A DNA stretch of 62,966 nt, filler included, from Octopus bimaculoides (Eukaryota), in assembly GCF_001194135.2 (NCBI RefSeq). It is 3 parts of 3 records of this genome, joined end to end, with 100 filler letters (N's around TTAATTAATTAA, not from the genome) between each part and the next. Parts side by side here need not be neighbours in the genome. Positions count along the whole stretch, not along the records: positions 1 to 29,261 come from NC_068983.1; 2 more parts are not named here. One strand, 5' to 3'. The notes under the pieces were generated by a model that had not been told where the DNA came from, ran no database searches, and saw only the letters and a program-made list of their open reading frames with translations. Shown piece by piece: positions 1-11,902 of the stretch. The translations under genes and the position numbers were made by a program. The number at the start of each line of letters is the position of its first letter. Position 1 is the first letter of the stretch.

Positions 1-35
1 ATATATATATATATATATATACATATACATGCATC

Positions 36-1062
36 CGTTTCCGAGGGTGTGTGGATATAGTTGCAGGGCTGGTTCGATGTTTGCGTAACATTTTTACGAT
101 CGTTTAGCTTCGACGTCGTTGAGGGTCAATTCAAACTTGTGAATGAATCTGGGTACACGGAAATTCAGTAGAAGCCTATCTGAAGACTGCACCTATAATT
201 CAAAGTCACAGTCACGCACAACAGCCTTTGAAAGCAAAGATTTGTGTGCTGGAGCATTGTCTCGATGAAAAAAGACGACTTTTGTTGGTTTTCCTGACGG
301 TTTGGCCTTGACAGCTTTTCGTAACTGTCTCAGCAATTTGGCATTGATGGCGTGGTCATTTTGATGATAGTCAATAAACACAATTCCTTTTGTATCCCAA
401 CAAACTGAGGCCATCACCTTCTCTGCACATGAAATTACCTTGACCTTCTTTGGAGCAGGCGAGGAGGGGTGTTTCCACTGCATGGATTGTCTCCTTGTCT
501 CCTGCTCAAAGTGATGAACACAATACTCATCCTGGGATAGGAAACGTTGAAGGAAACCAGCTGGATCTGCCTCAAACAATGTTAGGTTTTCTCGTGATGT
601 GATCAGCCTGGTATGCTTTTGATCAGGTGTCAGATGTGGCACCCACAGAACAGAAACCTTCATTATGCCAAGTTCATTGTGCAGAATATTCTCAACTCTC
701 TCGCGAGATATGTTAATAGCATTGTCTATTCGGTTTATAGTCAATCGCCTGTCATCCATCACCATGTAGCGAACACGATAAACGTTTACCTCGGTGGTGA
801 CAGTTGCAAGACGTTCAGACGATGGGTCCCTAGCAAGATTATCCCTTCTCCTCCGAAATTCAGTTGCCTAATTTCGGGTTTTTGCAATGTTGATGAAGCT
901 AGAGCTTCGTTCCATTAGGTAGCGAGCATGTCAGCATGAATGTCATTCGGGACTAAACCCTTTTTCTGCAGGTACTGTCAACATCTTGATGCCAAATTTT
1001 GTTCTTTTTTCAAAAGAAGTTGATTTGAAGTTTTCTTTGAACAATCAGGTGTCAGTTTACCT
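36..1062 (-). pseudogene. Decayed mariner transposase (irritans/SETMAR-like)
   Basis: ORF 193-765 contains WVPH (WVPHEL-like), QDE..VHHFE.ETRRQSMQW, KVMASVCWD.KGIVFIDY and HRDNAPAH. Flanking parts are frameshifted or stopped. Confidence 0.88.
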
Positions 1063-1461
1063 GAAAAGAAACAAAGCAATTATTAATAAGGACAGAAATT
1101 AATGCGTGCAAGATTTCACAGCTGTAGCATCACTCCTTCATAATCAGCCTATGAACTTTTCAACTCGCCCTCGTATGCACAGAAGGATAATATATCTATG
1201 TAAAGTTATTTCATTCGAAGTTTTATTAGTCTTTGCAGTAGTTACGATTTACCCCAGGTTCAATATTGTTGGGACTTGGCAATTTCGATACGAGTAGTTG
1301 AAGGTGGAAAGAGAGAGGAGAAGGGAGAACGAAAGAGAGAAAGAGAGAGTTGGGGGTTGATAGTCCAGTATAAAGATAAATGAAAAACAATTCCTTACTT
1401 AAATAGAAATATTAATATTTTTAAGTCTCTCTAAAGGAGACTACGGCAGCGGTACTGGATA

Positions 1462-1709
1462 TTAATAGTTATCGCCAAGCCAATATGGCAGTCTAAAAAA
1501 TAGGACGAATGCTGCTGTTGATTAGCTGCAAGAGGCCATCGCCTCTAGCTAGCTATGTGACACACGAATCTGTGTCCATTATAACCTTCGAACAAGGGTG
1601 GTCAGCCGCTTCCCCTTGCTGGTCTGGCATCTCCAGACTTGGGGCTAATCAACGGCAGCATTCGTCCTATTTTTTTGGACTGCCATGTTGGCTTGGCGAT
1701 AACTATTAA
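1462..1709. mobile_element. MITE-like element with ~65-bp terminal inverted repeats
   Basis: ttaatagttatcgccaagccaatatggcagtctaaaaaataggacgaatgctgctgttgattagc is mirrored by gctaatcaacggcagcattcgtcctatttttttggactgccatgttggcttggcgataactattaa. TTAA at both ends. Confidence 0.85.
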
Positions 1710-4569
1710 ATTCCTTACTTGTTCGTCTAATATGGAAGTCAACATGGAAGGAAAAAGAAAGAGGAGGCAAGAGGGAGAAGAGAAGGGAAAATGTAAAGGA
1801 AAAAGAGCAAACGATATTGTTTAAAAATTATAGAAAAACGTTGGAAAATATTGTTTAGCCCCAGGTCAGTCACGATTTAGTAAACCTGTAACGAAAAGCA
1901 TCCCAACCGTGACTATCCCATCTTTCATACAAATCTAATTTAATGTCTACGTTCTCATCATCCATCTTGAAGATTGTATTTGAAGGATATTTGACTGTTA
2001 TTTATAGTAGTTTAAAAGATTGTATTAGTTGAAGATGCATACCTACGAATTTGTAAAATAAAAAATTCATAATACTATTCGGTGTAGCTGTGCCGTAGTA
2101 GGTTCTTATGCCCTCGCAATTAAAATTTGGTATTGGGTCTCTTTTGTTAGCCCATTCAATTTCTGTGCCAAATTTTGCTGTGATGTATGCTGTTTAAATG
2201 AGCTTTTGAAGTTTTTGCTAGTCGTGTGAATAAGTTGCACGAAGTGCTACTCTTTCTTGACTCATCCTTTATCTGCTTTGTGTTACCTCAAAATTTTCTC
2301 ACGTTTGGTGTCATTCTGTAACTTGATATTTGACTATCTTGTTGTGAGCATTTGTTTTATCCGGGATAATATAATTAGTAATACACAAAATGTGTCCTTC
2401 TCTATTTTTAAAAACAAAAATAGTATGATTTGATGTGAAAGAAATTTAATTGAAATTTGTAACAGATTGAGTGTCTCCATACATGCGCACTCATTGTTTC
2501 GCGATAGTGTTAAATGGTATAATGAGGTATGTTAATATGAGGTGATACTGTGGCAATGGATAGTATCCATATCTTGAGGAATAATAATAAACGATCCCAT
2601 AATTGCTTGTAACAGTTATGAGATCGCTGTTATAGAGTTGTATTGCATAATAGTGGGTAATGTAAGATAAAGTGAGGATCTTTTCTGTTTGGCTGCACTT
2701 TTTGAAATTTTAAAAGTTAAGTGAAAATTTTCAAATTTCGTGTATTGATGTAATTTTTCATGCTGTTGAATCTCAGAGCTTAATTCACTTGTTCCAGAAA
2801 ACTATTTAAAAAATTACAGAGGTTTAAAGTTTGATCATTTTTCCCAGCCAGAAACCAGGATTTGGACGCTGTCATTTTGTGCGTAACTGCAATCATAAGA
2901 CGCCAAAAGAATAATGTCGACATTGCAACGATAGCACGTGTTTTAAGCCGTTAATAAGCGAAAAATTACCAAAAAAGAGTAAACACATATTTTGTAGTTT
3001 TTAGCATTCGAGAGGTGGATATCGAAAATGCAATGTGAAACATCCAAAAACAGCAGCAAATGGCTACAAGCAGAAAAACACAGCATAAAATATCAGTTTC
3101 TAAACACACGTAAACAAGAGTTCCTACGCTTGGTTTGTTACTGTGCAAACAGGCACCAACATGTCTGTGGCTTTCACTTGGCTAAGATTACCCAACATTT
3201 GCAAACTTTAAAAGCTATAAGCTGTTTATTTATTGATTTATGGCGAAAATGAATTCTATGTCAATAATTGGCATACAAAACTACATCAATACACTAAATC
3301 TGAAATCAACTGGAACAATTAAAAGAAATTATTTCCTTCTTTTGAAGAACAGATTTGTTTGTTTACCACACCTGATATCAGTTATAAATTTGTTACGTTG
3401 AAATTTTTTTTTTTTTTTTGTTATCTTGTAACTGGCTTTAGACAGTCTCTTTAACTAAGATGGTTAACTATCAATGATCTTGTCTACATATCTCTAAATA
3501 ATTACAGCCAATCATTATAAAAAAAAACAGAACGTTCCTTATGTACTTTGTTATTCCGTGTTGAGTTCAAATCGTTCTTCAGGCAACCACGGCAATAGAT
3601 TTCGCGACATCTATAATTTCAACCACACAATCTGAAATATTTTAAAGAAAGCTTCTATCTACACTGTAGTAGTGATAAGATGCAGAGAAACAACACTTAA
3701 AAGAATCTGTAAAATACGATTTTACTAACATTTGACCTAATTGTTTCCATCAATATGCAAACGCCCTTTACAATATGGGTAACTCAAAAATCTCACAGAT
3801 AATTTAATATTGAATGGCTTCCCATGAAATTTAATGTTATTACGGTAACAAAAATAACCTATCAAAATCTGTCAATAATCATATATTTTTTTTTTATCTA
3901 AAATTAATATAAAATAATATATTCTCAGTTAGACATTAGTACAAGAACAATCAATATCTTCTCAGTTAAATAGTAGTAATGAGCAAGGTAATATTTTTAG
4001 CATTTAATTATTAGTAAATGAACATGTATATAAGTTGAGAAGCCACGTGGTAAGGTCACTCATCCAAACATCTAAAGCAGTAAACATTCTCAGTTAGAAT
4101 CTATACATTCTAGTATCAATTCACAAACTCGGTTGTCGAATCAAAGACATGTTCATGAATAGACAAAATAAACATTCAAATAATGTTACAATTCTAATTT
4201 TCGAATATTCTGAAGCAGCTTCTATTAAATCATTGATATTTTCGGATTTTGCTTGCTTATCAGTTGTAGAAGAAAGGCAAACATCTTTTTTATTAAGTTG
4301 CATTGTCTACAAAATCTCACATATGGATGCAGTCCTCAGATTATAACAATTTATGCATAAATATATGAGTCATATATAAAGTTTCCAAACTTTCTTTAGT
4401 ATCTTACATTGATTTTTATATAATGGTTCCAGTAGAACAAAAAGAAGAACGAAGACGTTGTCAACAGATACATCCTGGTACAAGAGCAATGCAGATAACA
4501 CACTAAATGATAAAATAATATCACAAGTATAGTCACTTAACATCCTAAGCAATCGCTACCAACTTACAT

Positions 4570-4800
4570 ACGAGAGGGTACTGTAAAGTGCCTGGTTTGG
4601 GGTGAAAGTTAAAATACAGAAGGATCAGTTAATTATGATTGTATTCAACATATACCCCTTGCTAATTTACACACTTTTTGCAGCGGTACTTCATTTTTTT
4701 CTAAGCCCTGAAAAAGAACTCGGAAGGTCGGGCCTTTTTCTAGGAACAACTTCTTACAAAAGCTTTTCCTTGGGCATCAACTTCTGCTCCACATAACTAA
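4570..4800. mobile_element. Probable mariner terminal fragment
   Basis: Begins TACGAGAGGGTACTGTAAAGT, resembling mariner TA+CGAGGG termini. No partner TIR seen. Confidence 0.35.
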
Positions 4801-5635
4801 CTACTACAGACATTTGACAAGTAATCTATCCTCAGACTATATAACTTCGTCATCACAGCACACGCACACACGCACACACACACACACATAAAAAACTAAT
4901 CAAAAACATTATACGTGTCACAAGTATAATTCATGGATTTAACTAGCTGTAACACAGTAAAACTGATGATCACCGCTTCTTCTTCTATCCAGAAAAAATA
5001 CTGCATTCCTCTAATTAACTAAAAAACACAAATACGAGATATCAGGTCTTTAAGGAAAGAGAAAACACAATGTGATCTGATCCGCCTTTATTCTCATTAT
5101 TGTGCGCACACATGACAAAGTGCAAGATCACGGCTATAAAGCAACGGGTCTGTATGGAAAGTGAAGAAAAACAACATTGTGTAACATAATCTGTCTTCTT
5201 TCTCACTATCATATGCATACCAAGTATAAGAATGGTGAAATTACAGCTCAAACACTGGGGTGCTGTCCTATCTCATGATCATCAAAATCTTCAAAAATTT
5301 CCTCTGAACACAACTTTTGGAAGCATGTAACAGAATGTCCCATCTATTTCCCACAGGAAAGGTGTTGGTACAATCTTTACTGTTGACTCATCTGTCAGCT
5401 AAATATATCTTTATGCAGCAGTGTCTACTCTACATAAGCCTACGGGTAGGTGAGTCACAGACGTTGGAAGAAAATAGTACTGGCCAGCTTTCTTGTCAAT
5501 GTCGCAGGTTAAGACCAAGAGCAGATAACTTTTGTTGCTTCTCCTCATAAAAGGGGAGCTAACTCTGAAAAACTCGCTAACGAAAATTCTGAAGACTAAA
5601 CAATTTTATTACTTTGAAAAGATTTATTTCTATAT

Positions 5636-5970
5636 TACTCTTTTACTTGTTTCAGTCATATGACTGCTACTATGCTGGAGCTCCACCTGTGATCGAATAA
5701 ATCGACCCCAGGACTTCTTATTTGTAAGCCTTGTACTTATTTTATCGGTTGTTAAGTGATGGTGGTGGTGGTGGGTGACAAACACAGACACAAATAGCGA
5801 ACACACACACACACACATACACACACACATACACTATACAAGAAATTAAAAACGAATGAAACTGAAAATAGGTGTCGAGTCTTCTCTCTCTCGTTTTCCT
5901 TTTCTTTCTCCTTCTCCCTCTCTCTCTCACACACACACACATTCACACACACATACACACACACATGCAC
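5636..5970 (-). mobile_element. SINE family C, 3' half (tail plus internal microsatellite)
   Basis: tcttttacttgtttcagtcatatgactgc...aatcgaccccaggact...gacaaacacagacac followed by (CA)n. Same module recurs near 16.9, 18.9, 34.0, 52.6 and 57.1 kb. Confidence 0.75.
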
Positions 5971-7219
5971 ACAGTTTCTCTTTGGAAGATATCAGATGTG
6001 CTTGGCCATGAGGAAGGATAGTTTCTAACAGGTTTCAAGTGCCTATAGCACACCGTACGTCTCGATGGCACCACAACGAAAACTCCATCAAGAGTTGAAG
6101 CGCCACACTACAAGTATACGAGTGTGAACAAGCTTGTTTATGCGTATGTGAGAACATATACGTGTGCGCGTGTATGTATGTGCTTGAGCAAGGCCTATAA
6201 GAGGCAGAGTTCAGCCCATAAGTTGAAACAGTACCTAGGAGGAGATCATAAATATCCGATGAGCTCCTACTTCACCAAATCCTCACAGCTCTCTTAAATT
6301 TTGAGAGTGCTCACTCTTCGAGTGGCCTGAAGGCACTCTTGTTCCAACTTGAAAAACCTCTCTCGGAGACCCTGTGTACGAGTGTGTCTGTATGTGTGAG
6401 TGTTTCTGTATTGGTTTATGCATGCATGAATGTGTGAGTGTATGCATGAATGTATGTGCAGATAAGTTTATGTGTGAACGCACATGAATATATATGTATG
6501 TTAGTGTATGCGTGTGCATATGCAAGTAACTGTGTATGTGTGATATGTATGATGTATGTGTATGTAATGACAGTTGCAGTAAAGATTATAAAAACACATT
6601 GATTTTTCTATATACTTTAAACAAAACCGGTGTCGTTGATTAGTATTCAATAAACAGTAATAATACTTAGTTGCTATATAACGCAGTTGTAAATTAAGCA
6701 TTTACCGTAGTGGACAGCTAAATTTACATATTATTGCTTTTAAAGGCTAATCACTTATTAATATATGTTTCGTACACAACAACGTAAATCAGAATGAATG
6801 AAATAAATTTAAATATTAGAAAACCTAACTAGGCTTTGAAGGAGGTCACAGCTAGAAAACTTTTGATCATAGATCTGCCACATCATGGTTGACCTGGGAC
6901 TAAACACTAACAGCTGCCATCGTTTTAAAAGATCAGAGAATGATTTTTTTTAAATATTGCAAAGACCTCGAACAAAAAGGAGAGATTATATGGTGTCCTT
7001 TTTTTTTTTTAAGGCTTAGACAGAGAAAGAAGGACAGTACCCTGAACCCTTTTTGTTACTAGGACTCTGAGACTGATGGGAAGAAGGAAAGAAGTTATTT
7101 CCAGATCAGATGCCAGGTTTAAATACTTGTATCATAGAGAACTCTGCTAACGTCACTCAAGATCTAGGAAGTGGTGTTAAACCGGGTGACAGGTGGCGTG
7201 TACCAACCAAAATAATCCT

Positions 7220-7860
7220 CTCTACTATAGGGATAAGGCCGGACATTTTTATTGTTTATTTATTTATTTATTTTGGCGGAAGGGGTCAGTCGATTGCATC
7301 GACCCCAGTGCTCGACTAGTTCTTATTTTACCGACTCCAAAAGAATGAAAGACAAAGACGACCGCGGCGAAATTTGAACTCAGAACCTAAAACGGTAATA
7401 AATGCGTTCAGAAATTTTGGTGGAAGGGATAAGTTGATATCATCGACCCCAGTGCTTGATTGGTAACACATTTTATCGACCCCGAAAAGATGAAAAGCTA
7501 AATTGACCTCGACGACATTTATCAACCAAAATAATCCTTTCTACTAGAAGCACAAGGTCTGAAATTTTAGGGGAGGGTTAATTCGATTATATCGATCACA
7601 GTACTCAACTGGTACTTGTTTTATCGACCCCGAAAGGATGAAAGGCAAAAGCGATCACGGCGGAATTTGAATTCAGTGTAAAGACGGACGAAATATCGCT
7701 AAGCATTTTCTCCAGGGTCCTAACGATTCTACCAGCTCGCCGCCTTTTACCAACCAAAAATAATATTTTCAATTTTTGGCACAAGGTCAACAATTTTCGA
7801 GAAGGGGATAAATCGATTATATCGATCCCAGTTGCCGACAAAAGGCGACAAGCCCTTTGC
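7220..7860 (-). mobile_element. Cluster of about four partial copies of tRNA-derived SINE family A
   Basis: Repeated atcgaccccagt...cgaccccgaaaggatgaaaggcaaa...gaatttgaactcag modules, homologous to the copies at 21148, 21750 and 61285. Confidence 0.75.
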
Positions 7861-7890
7861 CAACAAAAATAATAACATATATTTTAACAT

Positions 7891-8433
7891 TATTTACATT
7901 ATTTACATTTGACGGATATTCGTCCTCATCTTGTTTGTTGTTAACACAACGTTTCGGCTGATNNNNNNNNNNNNNNNNNNNNNNNNNNNNNNNNNNNNNN
8001 NNNNNNNNNNNNNNNNNNNNNNNNNNNNNNNNNNNNNNNNNNNNNNNNNNNNNNNNNNNNNNNNNNNNNNNNNNNNNNNNNNNNNNNNNNNNNNNNNNNN
8101 NNNNNNNNNNNNNNNNNNNNNNNNNNNNNNNNNNNNNNNNNNNNCCAAGGTTCCGAGTTCGATTCACGGCAGCGACCTGATTAATAATAGTAATAATAAT
8201 AATAATATAATAATAATAATAATAATAGTAATAATAATAATAATAATAATAATAGTAACATCGATAGGAATGAGAACCCAGGTTCGAAATTTCCCCAAGA
8301 CACCTGACGAAGGCTGGAGGGTATATCAGCCGAAACGTTGTGTTAACAACAAACAAGATGAGGACGAATATCCGTCAAATGTAAATAATGTAAATAATGT
8401 AAATAATTCCTCATCTCTTAAATATAGAACTGT
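7891..8433 (+). mobile_element. Non-autonomous composite element: inverted partial tail, gap, tRNA T-arm/B-box, (AAT)n, Penelope-like tail with hammerhead motif
   Basis: 7891-7962 is the reverse complement of about 8324-8395. The 14-bp direct repeat ATATATTTTAACAT lies at 7877-7890 and 8434-8447. B-box GTTCGATTC at 8157-8165. Confidence 0.8.
8299..8344 (+). ncRNA. Minimal type I hammerhead ribozyme motif
   Basis: GACAC (stem I) - CUGACGA - A - GGCUG gaggguauau CAGCC (stem II) - GAAA - CGU - U (site 17, 8339) - GUGUU (stem I'). Stem III is the loopless ACGU palindrome characteristic of Penelope-associated hammerheads. Confidence 0.78.
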
Positions 8434-8544
8434 ATATATTTTAACATGAAGGAAACAAAGCAGTTTTAGTAAAAAGCTGAGCGATGTAAAGAATTGTGGA
8501 TGACAAATATGTTTTACAAAGCTAGTTGTTACTAAAATATCAAT

Positions 8545-9680
8545 GATGTTGCAGTTTTAATAAGCAACATCACTGTCAAGGCTATCATTATCTATGTAGA
8601 CTTTAAAAAGGCTTTTGATTAGAGGAATGATGATGAAGATACTTAAAGCATATGATATTTCACCAAGAATTCTGAGAGCAATAAATATGCTGTATGAGAA
8701 CACCAGAGCGAAAGTGATCACTCCTGATGGAGAGACGGAACACATTGAAGTCAAAGCCGGAGTATTACAAGGCGTCACGCTAGTACCTTATCTCTTCGCC
8801 ATCGTTCTGAAACTATTGTAATGCGTAGACCGTATGAGGGCAAGGAAGAAGAACTGGGATTCAAACTGCATAGCCAATGAAGTAGACAGCATCACGCAGT
8901 AATAGTAACTGCCCTAGACTATGCTGATGATCTGACATTACTAACAGAGAGAACAGATCGGGTGCAGGAGGTGCTGAGCAGATTAGAGCAGGAATCGGGG
9001 AAAGTAGGGTTTACTGTAACGCAAAGAAAACAGAGCTGCAAGTATTCAACTACGAAATGCCTGTCAGTGGACGTGAGAGACGGTAAGTCGCTCAAGGTAG
9101 TTGAACATTTCAAAGACCTTGGTGTGTGGACACAAAGTACTGAAAAAAACACCGTAGCAAGGAAAGCTCTCGCCTGGAGCTCATGCCATAAATTGAGAAA
9201 GGTATGGAGTTCAAAGTTAGCAAGGAAATTGAAAGTGAGGTTATTTCTGGCAACAGTGGAGTCTGTTCTTGGGGTTGAAACTCGGACGCTTACTAAAGCA
9301 TTGAAGAAGCAGTTGGACGGTTGTTGTACGAGGATGCTTAGAATGGTACTCAATGTCTCTTCGAAGAGTCATACAACAAACGCCAACTTATACCATGGAC
9401 TGCTAAAAGTAACATTGAAGATATAGCATAGAAGGATGAGGCTAACTGGACACTTCGTCAGACACACCAATGAAATTGCTAACAAGCTAGTGCTCTGGCA
9501 TCCAACAGAAGGAAGAACCAGGAGAAGAAGGGGGAAGATGACCTATATCGACTACTTGCTGGAGGATACTGGTATGGAAGCGGTACAGGAGCTGAGGACC
9601 ATTATGGAAGATCGAGATGAGAGAGGAAAACGTGTGAAAACAGCCTTGGGGCGTCCTGGGGGACGACCTAGATAGATAGA
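8545..9680 (+). pseudogene. 5'-truncated RTE-superfamily LINE, reverse transcriptase 3' part
   Basis: Frameshifted ORFs give VDFKKAFD, GVLQG.TL.PYLF, DYADDLTLL, ARKALAWSSCHKLRKVW and GRTRRRRGKMTYID. Ends in (GATA)n. Confidence 0.9.
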
Positions 9681-9681
9681 C

Positions 9682-9725
<44 letters not shown>

Positions 9726-9940
9726 CGTCATCGTCATCATCATCATCATCACCACCAGCAGCAGCAGCAATAACAATAACAGCTGTATGAATACGATATT
9801 ACTGCTGGATGATCATCATCATAGCCGTCCTTATTACTACTTTTATTATATCTAGGTCATCGTCATCACCGTCATCATCGTCGTCATCACCATCCTCCCC
9901 TTCCTCCTCCTTCTCAGCATCATCATCATTTTTACAACCA
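9671..9940. repeat. Compound microsatellite (GATA)n, (CAT)n, (CAG/CAA)n
   Basis: Directly visible. Confidence 0.9.
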
Positions 9941-9959
9941 ACATCAGTCGGCATAACTA

Positions 9960-11378
9960 CAGGGTTTTACCCCCCAGACTTTGGGAGGTCATAACTTTCA
10001 GAAAAATGAATATTTTTTAATGAAGTTTTCTATGCATATAGTATTTACTATGTAGAATCCTAATATAGAAAGATTTCCGGTGAAAGTGTTTTGGAATGGG
10101 GGTGGGGGACAATTTTCGGAAATTCCAACAGAGTCCACTTAAATTCTTCTTAACTTCCAGGAAAATTTATATTTTTTCGTGAAATTTTCTACAAATATAC
10201 CTTGATGTATGTACATTTTGAGCATGTAGGAATTTTGAAGGAAACAACTGCAGGTTATTTTTGAGAAGCGTTCCCCACTCGGTGGTGTTTCGGAGCAAGT
10301 CGTCCATATTTGTTTCATTTTTCTCTATTATGTGCGTATGTGCATCCGTAGAATTCTAGACAGTGAAGAGAAGCCGTCATAAGAAAACTTTCGTTAAAAA
10401 TAACATGCACACGATTTTTTTTTTCTCAATANNNNNNNNNNNNNNNNNNNNNNNNNNNNNNNNNNNNNNNNNNNNNNNNNNNNNNNNNNNNNNNNNNNNN
10501 NNNNNNNNNNNNNNNNNNNNNNNNNNNNNNNNNNNNNNNNNNNNNNNNNNNNNNNNNNNNNNNNNNNNNNNNNNNNNNNNNNNNNNNNNNNNNNNNNNNN
10601 NNNNNNNNNNNNNNNNNNNNNNNNNNNNNNNNNNNNNNNNNNNNNNNNNNNNNNNNNNNNNNNNNNNNNNNNNNNNNNNNNNNNNNNNNNNNNNNNNNNN
10701 NNNNNNNNNNNNNNNNNNNNNNNNNNNNNNNNNNNNNNNNNNNNNNNNNNNNNNNNNNNNNNNNNNNNNNNNNNNNNNNNNNNNNNNNNNNNNNNNNNNN
10801 NNNNNNNNNNNNNNNNNNNNNNNNNNNNNNNNNNNNNNNNNNNNNNNNNNNNNNNNNNNNNNNNNNNNNNNNNNNNNNNNNNNNNNNNNNNNNNNNNNNN
10901 NNNNNNNNNNNNNNNNNNNNNNNNNNNNNNNNNNNNNNTTTTTAACGAAAGTTTTCTTATGACGGCTTCTCTTCACTGTCTAGAATTCTACGGATGCACA
11001 TACGCACATAATAGAGAAAAATGAAACAAATATGGACGACTTGCTCCGAAACACCACCGAGTGGGGAACGCTTCTCAAAAATAACCTGCAGTTGTTTCCT
11101 TCAAAATTCCTACATGCTCAAAATGTACATACATCAAGGTATATTTGTAGAAAATTTCACGAAAAAATATAAATTTTCCTGGAAGTTAAGAAGAATTTAA
11201 GTGGACTCTGTTGGAATTTCCGAAAATTGTCCTCCACCCCCATTCCAAAAGACTTTCACCGGAAATCTTTCTATATTCGGATTCTACATAGTAAATACTA
11301 TATGCATAGACAATTTCATTAAAAAATATTCATTTTTCTGAAAGTTATGACCTCCCAAATCTGGTGGGTAAAACCCTG
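9960..11378. mobile_element. Long-TIR non-autonomous DNA transposon, Tc1/mariner-like, TA target duplication
   Basis: TA|CAGGGTTTTACCC ... GGGTAAAACCCTG|TA. About 440-470 bp on each side of the gap are near-identical reverse complements with scattered mismatches and indels. Confidence 0.8.
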
Positions 11379-11515
11379 TAATTATGCCCATCAGTCTAAC
11401 AATTATCATCACCACTGTCACTTTTCGCAACGCCATCACCATCAACAACAATCATCATCACCATCGTCACTATCTTCCCTCTTCGAAATTATTATTTCCT
11501 TGGATATTACAGCTA

Positions 11516-11902
11516 GTGGAGGCGCAATGGCCCAGTAGTTAGGGCAGCGGACTCGCGGTCATAGGATTGCGGTTTCGATTCCCAGACTGGGCGTTGTGAG
11601 TGTTTATTGAGCGAAAACACCTAAAGCTCCACAAGGCTCCGGCAGGGGATGGTGGCGAATCCTGCTGTACTCTTCCACCACAACTTTCTCTCACTCTTAC
11701 TTCCTGTTTCTGTTGTGCCTGTAATTCAAAGGGTCAGCCTTGTCACACTGTGTCACGCTGAATATCCCTGAGAACTACGTTAAGGGTACACGTGTCTGTG
11801 GAGTGCTCAGCCACTTGCACGTTAATTTCACGAGCAGGCTGTTCCGTTGATCGGATCAACTGGAACCCTCGACGTCGTAAGCGACGGAGTGCCAACAACA
11901 AC
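11516..11902 (+). mobile_element. Full-length tRNA-derived SINE family B with 10-bp TSD
   Basis: A-box TGGCCCAGTAG, B-box GGTTTCGATTCC, (CAA)n tail. ATTACAGCTA at 11506-11515 and 11903-11912. Near-identical to 25592-25978. Confidence 0.92.

Noticed and set aside
10363-10976. Long ORFs made of X (also at 18.4-18.9, 36.0-37.0, 46.9-47.7, 52.7-53.2, 57.1-57.7 and 61.5-62.0 kb)
   Set aside because: Artefacts of translating N gaps.
11518-11595. tRNA gene-like sequence (also at 19900, 25592 and 27230)
   Set aside because: A and B boxes are present but no acceptor stem closes, and the sequence runs into SINE bodies with TSDs. These are SINE heads.
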